In this document: positions 1 through 4,618 of the stretch, one piece after another
How positions within the stretch are numbered: position 1 is the first letter of the stretch
Layout of the letters: the number at the start of each line of letters is the position of its first letter
IMG/VR virus record: IMGVR_UViG_2778261589_000015
DNA length: 4,618 nt
Reading direction: 5' to 3' (one strand)
From: a virus
Taxonomy: Duplodnaviria > Heunggongvirae > Uroviricota > Caudoviricetes
Translations under genes and position numbers: made by a program
Notes under the pieces: generated by a model
What the model saw: the letters and a program-made list of their open reading frames with translations, nothing else
Databases searched by the model: none
What the model was told of the DNA's origin: nothing

Positions 1-434
1 GCTGTCAGCTGCGACATCTGCTCCACCACCCAGCGGTCACTCAGCTCCTGCTCCGGGTCCGCCTCCGGATTGCCCGCAACGAAATTCACCGCATCCAGAA
101 AACGGGCATACACCCGGCGGCGGACCACCGTGGCCCCCACCAGGCTCTGCAGGTCCTCCGCCATTCCGGTGACCAGACCGAACAGATTCGACACCGTCAG
201 CGACGGGCGGGCACTGCTGCCCTTCCCGTTCATCTCAAAGCCACTGCCGTCAATCGGGTATGCCTGATATTGCCGCCCCTGCCAGGTAACCGCCTCCCCT
301 TTTTCATTCAGCTCATTACAGAAAAAATACCGCTCACCACCCTGGGCCGTCAGGTCGATTTCCCAGAGTACCACCCGCGGTGACTGCTCTGACTTAACCG
401 ACTCGTTCAGACTTTCTTCGCGAATATCCTGCAT
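1..434 (-). CDS. L: Minor tail protein L, N-terminal ~144 aa (3' end of gene lies beyond the window start)
   Basis: Minus-strand ATG at 434..432, open to the window edge; I checked codons 1..180 by hand and found no stops. Translation begins MQDIREESLNESVKSEQSPRVVLWEIDLTAQGGERYFFCNE... and ends in the window with ...GLVTGMAEDLQSLVGATVVRRRVYARFLDAVNFVAGNPEADPEQELSDRWVVEQMSQLT, which closely matches lambda gpL as I recall it (MQDIRQE...VVLWEIDLT...GGERYFFCNE). The start overlaps the M stop (ATGA). It is absent from the ORF track only because it has no in-window stop. Confidence 0.85.
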   Translation of the reverse strand, partial: MQDIREESLNESVKSEQSPRVVLWEIDLTAQGGERYFFCNELNEKGEAVTWQGRQYQAYPIDGSGFEMNGKGSSARPSLTVSNLFGLVTGMAEDLQSLVGATVVRRRVYARFLDAVNFVAGNPEADPEQELSDRWVVEQMSQLT

Positions 435-763
435 CAGTTCACCACCTGCTTAAACTCCGCGCTGAACTCAACGCGCAACATCCCGACCCGCGCAGACCAC
501 CCGGCACAGGTCACCTTTATCTGCCGGTATGCATAGGGTGGCTTCCACAAAAATGCCTTCCAGCCCCCGTGCTCTGCCAGGAACGCTTCCAGATGCCGGG
601 CCTCCTCCCGGGTCACGGAAAGCATCACCCTGTACGTCTTCAGGTCAGCATTCAGCCCTGCCGCCATACGCTGTGAGTACCCGTCACCAAAACGCACTTC
701 ACGCACCGACGGCTGCGAGTTCACCTCCATATCCGGCTTCACTTTCCAGCGAAAGGTTTTCAT
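434..763 (-). CDS. M: Minor tail protein M
   Basis: 109-aa ORF, the same length as lambda gpM. The sequence MKTFRWKVKPDMEV...VRFGDGYSQR...LEAFLAEHGGWKAFLWKPPYAYRQIKVTCAGWSARVGMLRVEFSAEFKQVVN is near-collinear with lambda gpM from memory. An AGGGAG ribosome-binding site lies 6 nt upstream of the ATG (minus strand, 775..770). The start overlaps the H stop (ATGA at 763..760). Confidence 0.9.
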   Translation of the reverse strand: MKTFRWKVKPDMEVNSQPSVREVRFGDGYSQRMAAGLNADLKTYRVMLSVTREEARHLEAFLAEHGGWKAFLWKPPYAYRQIKVTCAGWSARVGMLRVEFSAEFKQVVN

Positions 764-3372
764 CGCCCGCTCCCTGATAACATACCGCCATCACGCAACT
801 GCAGCCGGAGTTCATCCTGCGCCCCCTTACGGGCCATGTCATACACCGCCTTCATCAGCTGCGGCCCCGCCTGTCCGTTGATACCGTCGTTCTGAATCAC
901 CACGTGATTGTTCTGATTAAAATTAATACCTTCCGCCCGCCGCATCTGCGCCGGACTTCCGGCACCACCCACATAACCACCTTCCGCATAGCCGCGCATC
1001 AGGCGATAAAGATTCCCCACGCCAATCCGGCTGGTTGCCTCCTTCGTGAAAACAAACTCCCCGCGGTGAACTATCCCCGCAGGCTCATATTTGCCGCCCG
1101 TGCCCGTAAATCCGCCGGTCGCAAAATGAAAGTTCGCCGCCGCAGCCTCAATGGCCGTCCCCGAGGAAGCCGTTACACCACCTCCAACAACCCCACCAAT
1201 GGCGCTGCCGATACGCCCGACAATGCCCACCATGGCCTGTTTAAGCAGGATTTCTGTCATCATGGACAGCACCGAACGGGTGAATCCCCGCCAGTCTGCC
1301 TCTGCACCGGTCAGCATCGCCGCCATATTCTGTGCAATACCGTCAAAAGTCTGCGTGGCCACACTTTTAACCTGCGAAAAACTGTCCGTCGCACTTTCCG
1401 CCCACTCACCCCAGCCGGACTTCAGACCGGCCAGCCAGTCACCGCGCAGCATGTCTTCATCCGCCCATGTCTGTTTCAGTGCCCCGGTGACCCGGGCCAG
1501 CGCCTGCGGATTATCGCCATACACGTCACGAAGACGCTGCGCTTCAGACTCCCGCTGCGCCTGACGGTCAGTGAGACCGCGGGCTTTTGCGCTGATGGCG
1601 GCCTGCTTCGCGCTCTGTTGCTCTTCAAACCGTGCTGCCTGCTGTGCAAGTTCATTCAGGCGTTTCTGGTGCTCCACCTTGTCGCCCAGCTCAGCCAGCT
1701 GGCGTTTGTACTCCAGCGTTTCTTTCTCATGAGCCAGCAGGGATTTTTCCTGCCCGGATAACTGCCGTTTCGTGGCAGCCTCTTTCAGGACCGCATACTG
1801 ACTTTCCGCTTTCCATAAATCACGGCGCTGCCGGCTGATTTTCTCATTCGCACCGCTGTGCTTCTCCAGCGTCCTGAGCTCAGCTTCAAGGGCAAGCAGA
1901 GCCTCTCTTGCCTGCTCCTCTTCCCTCTCCCCGGCAGAGCGCGTTTTCGGTGATGTATGCTTTTTACCTGTCAGCTCTTCAGCCAGACGGCTGACGGCTT
2001 CCTGCTGCCCAGGACCTTTGCTGACGCCTGTTGCACGCGAGCGGTTGATGTACCCCATTTCCCCCTGGCGTATACGCGCATCCCGTTCCGCAATGGATTT
2101 TCTCAGCGCCAGTTCATCGCGTTTTGTTTTCTCAATAAATACGCGGTTCTCTTCTGCCAGTTCACCAAACAACGCACCAACGCCGGGCACATTCTTTGTC
2201 GTTTCCCAGGCTGACTGAATAAATTCAGCCAGCGCCAGATCCCCCTGCACAAGCAGCAGCTTCACTTGTTCAACGGTTCCGGCCACCACGTCAGTGATCA
2301 GACTGAGTGCCCCCAGTGTATGATCACCTATCCATGCCCATGCGTCAGAAGTCCAGGTTTTAACATCGTCCCAGATTTTTTCCACCGGCGTGGCCGCTTT
2401 ATCAAGTTGCTCCAGACGTGCATTCATGACATCCGCAAACAGGGACATCGCCTCCGTCACCGCAGCCTGTTTACCTTTCGTGCGCTCAAGCTCATCAATA
2501 TGGCGTAACTGGGAAACGCTCAGGAAGTTATACTGCTGATTCAGGGAGGCCAGCGCCTTCACCGGATCTGCTGCAATCCCTTCAAAGGCTTTTTCCACCT
2601 TCCCGGCATCGTCCCCCACCGTCTGCAGCCATCTCTGAGAGGTTTCCCCCATGATCCGTAGCTGCCCGGCGGTATATTTCCCGCTTTCTGCCAGACGGGC
2701 CAGATTTTCTGCCGCCTGTCTGATACCACCACCGGCTTCATCGCTGATCACCCCGGCCATTTTCCACAATTCTGCCGTTGTGGTGGCAGCCGCCCCTCCG
2801 GTCAGGATCAGTGAACGCAATAAGGCCCGGTCAGCCTGCTCTGCCTGCCAGGCGGCGGCAGCAAGCGCGGCCAGTACGGCAACCCCGCCACCTGCCGCCA
2901 CACGGGCCACCGACATAAATCGTCCCAGCTCACCGGCATTCCGGGCATTTTCAGCCAGTGCATTTGCCGTATCTGACAGCGACTCCTCTGATGATTCAGA
3001 GGCATCCCTGATCCCGAGAAGTTCCTCCTTCAGCAGGGTAAGCAGGCTGAGCGGTCCACCGAATGAATCGCTGATCTGCCCCCCCTGCTGCAGCATGATA
3101 AGGAAGGGATTCTGACCACCGGCAAGCTGAGTGACAATATCCGTGAACTGTGCGGGCAGTGTGCGCATGGCAGCCTTATACTGTCCGACTGATATCCCGG
3201 CTTTTTGTGCAGCCAGCGCCTGTCGGCTCAGCCCCTGTTCAACAGTACTGGCGGTTTTTCTGGCATCCGCCTCCAGACTGGAAAAATGACGGCGTACCCG
3301 GGCCATCTGTTCATCAAACCGGGCCGCATCCAGACTCAAATCAATAACCAGATCACCCGCTGGCTGGGACAT
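760..3372 (-). CDS. H: Tail tape measure protein (lambda gpH family), 870 aa
   Basis: Long ORF in the expected position between G-T and M. The N-terminus MSQPAGDLVIDLSLDAARFDEQMARVRRHF...KAGISVGQYKAAMRTLPAQFTD and the C-terminal half (ELRTLEKHSGANEKISRQRRDLWKAESQ ... FHFATGGFTGTGGKYEPAGIVHRGEFVFTKEATSRIGVGNLYRLMRGYA ... AVYDMARKG) match lambda gpH as I recall it. GGAGG ribosome-binding site on the minus strand at 3385..3381, 8 nt before the ATG. Confidence 0.9.
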   Translation of the reverse strand: MSQPAGDLVIDLSLDAARFDEQMARVRRHFSSLEADARKTASTVEQGLSRQALAAQKAGISVGQYKAAMRTLPAQFTDIVTQLAGGQNPFLIMLQQGGQISDSFGGPLSLLTLLKEELLGIRDASESSEESLSDTANALAENARNAGELGRFMSVARVAAGGGVAVLAALAAAAWQAEQADRALLRSLILTGGAAATTTAELWKMAGVISDEAGGGIRQAAENLARLAESGKYTAGQLRIMGETSQRWLQTVGDDAGKVEKAFEGIAADPVKALASLNQQYNFLSVSQLRHIDELERTKGKQAAVTEAMSLFADVMNARLEQLDKAATPVEKIWDDVKTWTSDAWAWIGDHTLGALSLITDVVAGTVEQVKLLLVQGDLALAEFIQSAWETTKNVPGVGALFGELAEENRVFIEKTKRDELALRKSIAERDARIRQGEMGYINRSRATGVSKGPGQQEAVSRLAEELTGKKHTSPKTRSAGEREEEQAREALLALEAELRTLEKHSGANEKISRQRRDLWKAESQYAVLKEAATKRQLSGQEKSLLAHEKETLEYKRQLAELGDKVEHQKRLNELAQQAARFEEQQSAKQAAISAKARGLTDRQAQRESEAQRLRDVYGDNPQALARVTGALKQTWADEDMLRGDWLAGLKSGWGEWAESATDSFSQVKSVATQTFDGIAQNMAAMLTGAEADWRGFTRSVLSMMTEILLKQAMVGIVGRIGSAIGGVVGGGVTASSGTAIEAAAANFHFATGGFTGTGGKYEPAGIVHRGEFVFTKEATSRIGVGNLYRLMRGYAEGGYVGGAGSPAQMRRAEGINFNQNNHVVIQNDGINGQAGPQLMKAVYDMARKGAQDELRLQLRDGGMLSGSGR

Positions 3373-4215
3373 ATCTCACACCTCCGGAAATCCCCGCTGA
3401 AGCCATCATTAATGCAACATCATCCTCGCTGACATCCACCACATCCGCAGAAGGTGAAATATCGCGCCCTCCGTCCCCTCCGAACCGGACGCCTCCGGCA
3501 ACTCCTGTCGCTTTCTGCATCAGCATTTCTTCCTCGTCCGGCATCTCCGTCTGCTCTTCCTCACACGCTGGAGCAAGCAGACTGAAATCCGCCGGATGCA
3601 TATCCGGATCGCCAAAAAACAGGCTGAGTACGGCGTACATCAGCCCGGAAAAATGAGCGTCCAGTTGGGTATCCTGAAAATAATGCGTGCAGTAAAAACG
3701 TCGCCAGTCGGCATATTCGGTGGATGTCATCCCGGCAAGCATGGCGCGCCAGTCGGGTCTCCCCATCTCTCGCGCCAGTTTCAGGACAAAGTTCAGCTCG
3801 CCTTCGAATGCTTTTTTGATGTTACCGGCTCAGTCGCTTCTGCTTTCCCGGTTTGTTCAGGATCGGCATCGTGCCGGTTATCCAGCATACCTGAAAGATA
3901 AAGCACCCGGTTCGTTGCCTGATTCAGTGCATCAGCAGGCCATCCCAGCATCACTTCACGGCGGATCTGCTGCATCTCTGTCTCCGGAGAGGCCAGAGTG
4001 CCTTTGAGGGAATGGGAATGCCATAGCGACATCGCCACAAGCAGGGATGCCGTTTCCAGATATCGCTGGTTAATGTGCACGACATCATGCTTCGTTGTCT
4101 CCTGTTGTTCTGCGTCTGAAACAAACTTTATATAATCAAACCGCTGCAGCGCAGACAATTCGGAAAGCGTGACGGACACACCGTTATATTCAAATTGTTC
4201 TGTTTTCAGAAACAT
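3353..4215 (-). CDS. T: Tail assembly chaperone G-T fusion, made by a programmed -1 ribosomal frameshift at A AAA AAG (minus strand 3817..3811); predicted product about 287 aa
   Basis: The -1 frame relative to G is open from 3829 to the stop at 3355..3353. The only window in which G and this frame are both open is 3829..3796, and it contains the canonical slippery heptamer A AAA AAG, with zero-frame codons TCA AAA AAG. The predicted junction is ...EPVTSKK/AFEGELNFVLKLAREMGRPDWRAMLAGM... The G-then-T frameshift arrangement is the conserved organisation of lambda-like tail chaperones. The T-frame ORF has no credible independent start in the overlap; the ATG at 3766 is internal. Confidence 0.75.
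3793..4215 (-). CDS. G: Tail assembly chaperone G
   Basis: 140-aa ORF, the same length as lambda gpG. It begins MFLKTEQFEYNGVSVTLSELSALQ and contains LVAMSLWHSH, both lambda gpG-like from memory. GGAGG ribosome-binding site at minus 4226..4222, 6 nt before the ATG at 4215. It lies immediately downstream of V and upstream of the T frame, as in lambda. Confidence 0.88.
   Translation of the reverse strand: MFLKTEQFEYNGVSVTLSELSALQRFDYIKFVSDAEQQETTKHDVVHINQRYLETASLLVAMSLWHSHSLKGTLASPETEMQQIRREVMLGWPADALNQATNRVLYLSGMLDNRHDADPEQTGKAEATEPVTSKKHSKAS
3811..3817 (-). other. Slippery heptanucleotide A AAA AAG (programmed -1 frameshift site for G-T)
   Basis: Plus strand reads ctttttt at 3811..3817. On the minus strand the G-frame codons are AAA (3816..3814) and AAG (3813..3811), preceded by A at 3817, giving the X XXY YYZ form. 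It lies five sense codons before the G stop. Confidence 0.7.
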
Positions 4216-4228
4216 GTATTACCTCCGT

Positions 4229-4618
4229 TTACCCTGCAGCGCCCGCTTCAGTAACGGTGACTTCAGCCACTGCGGCGAACTGACCATTTCCGCTCACCAC
4301 AGGGATCTGCACCTTACCTGTCGCCACGCCGTTTACCGTAATTGTCATATCTTTCACACTAATGGTGGCTTTCGACGGATCGGCGGAAACCGCTCTGAAC
4401 GTCTTGTCGGTTGCACTTTCCGGCTCAAAAGAAACCGTCAGGGTGGTTGTTTTCCCTTTTGCCACCGTACCGGATGTCGGCGTCACCTTAATCGCAGTGA
4501 CCGGCGTAATTTTGCTGCGTTCTTCCGCTACAGAAGGTTTGCCCACGTTGGTCACTTTCACCGTGCGGGTGATCACTTCTTTCGCCGTCACGGCCTTACC
4601 GATACTGCTGACCCAGCC
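4229..4618 (-). CDS. V: Major tail protein V, C-terminal part with Ig-like (Big_2-type) domain (5' end of gene lies beyond the window end)
   Basis: The frame is open to the window edge, reading ...[30 protein letters not shown]... The M at 4591 in the ORF track is an internal GTG, not the true start. The C-terminal sequence [66 protein letters not shown] resembles the Ig-like C-terminal domain of lambda gpV from memory. TAA stop at 4231..4229, 13 nt upstream of the G start. Confidence 0.8.
   Translation of the reverse strand, partial: GWVSSIGKAVTAKEVITRTVKVTNVGKPSVAEERSKITPVTAIKVTPTSGTVAKGKTTTLTVSFEPESATDKTFRAVSADPSKATISVKDMTITVNGVATGKVQIPVVSGNGQFAAVAEVTVTEAGAAG

Noticed and set aside
529-777. 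82-aa plus-strand ORF antisense to M
   Set aside because: Antisense to a conserved 109-aa gene with a full-length lambda gpM match; Pro/Ser/Ala-rich spurious frame.
904-1761. 285-aa plus-strand ORF, with a nested 137-aa ORF at 1151..1564, inside the H gene
   Set aside because: It is entirely antisense to the well-supported tape measure gene. The translation is Arg/Pro/Ser-rich and low-complexity, typical of spurious antisense frames in GC-rich coding DNA, with no recognisable ribosome-binding site or motif.
1515-1935. Charged, heptad-like region of H (EREEEQAREALLALEAELRTLEKH ... KRQLAELGDKVEHQKRLNELAQQAARFEEQQ), considered as a separate embedded gene or repeat array
   Set aside because: It is in frame and continuous with H and corresponds to the coiled-coil-like region of lambda gpH; there is no evidence of tandem nucleotide repeats or an internal start signal.
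2651-3115. 154-aa plus-strand ORF antisense to the 5' part of H
   Set aside because: Same reasoning: antisense to H, with Ala/Ser/Pro-rich low-complexity composition mirroring the Ala/Gly-rich region of H on the other strand.
3353-3766. T as an independent 137-aa gene starting at the ATG at 3766, as listed in the ORF track
   Set aside because: The frame is open upstream to 3829 and overlaps the end of G with a canonical slippery heptamer. By the conserved G/G-T arrangement of lambda-like phages, the T segment is expressed as a frameshift fusion rather than from the internal ATG, which has no obvious ribosome-binding site.
3742-3777. 7-bp perfect inverted repeat (tggcgcg at 3742..3748 pairing with cgcgcca at 3771..3777) overlapping an 8-bp palindrome GGCGCGCC, considered as a frameshift-stimulating hairpin
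   Set aside because: It starts about 34 nt downstream of the slippery heptamer, too far for a canonical stimulatory structure (usually 5-9 nt), and short GC-rich inverted repeats are expected by chance in this composition. The lambda G-T frameshift is not known to need a downstream structure.
3596-4007. Two overlapping plus-strand ORFs (101 aa and 95 aa) across the G/T region
   Set aside because: Antisense to G and T, which are supported by homology and the frameshift architecture; no start signals and no recognisable motifs.

Overview
The window is a densely packed, co-directional block of phage tail-assembly genes, all on the minus strand, in the canonical lambda order: V (major tail protein, C-terminal part, runs off the right edge), G (tail assembly chaperone), G-T (a -1 frameshift fusion product), H (870-aa tape measure protein), M (minor tail protein) and L (minor tail protein, N-terminal part, runs off the left edge). 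Genes were identified by reading the translations and comparing them from memory with phage lambda proteins; no database search was run. Gene junctions are tight: ATGA start/stop overlaps at H/M and M/L, a 20-nt T/H overlap, and a 13-nt V-G spacer carrying a GGAGG ribosome-binding site. There is no room for an inserted accessory gene, and I see no RNA genes, CRISPR array, mobile element or cargo gene. I therefore find no support for a previously undescribed biological system here; it reads as an ordinary lambdoid phage or prophage tail module, probably enterobacterial. The points worth a second look are (i) the G-T frameshift uses an A AAA AAG slippery heptamer rather than lambda's G GGA AAG, (ii) a lambda-type GGGAAAG heptamer sits 32 nt upstream but in the wrong register and is followed by stops in the -1 frame, and (iii) the tape measure protein looks mosaic, with lambda-like termini and a divergent central third. 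All plus-strand ORFs in the track are antisense to these genes and are judged spurious.
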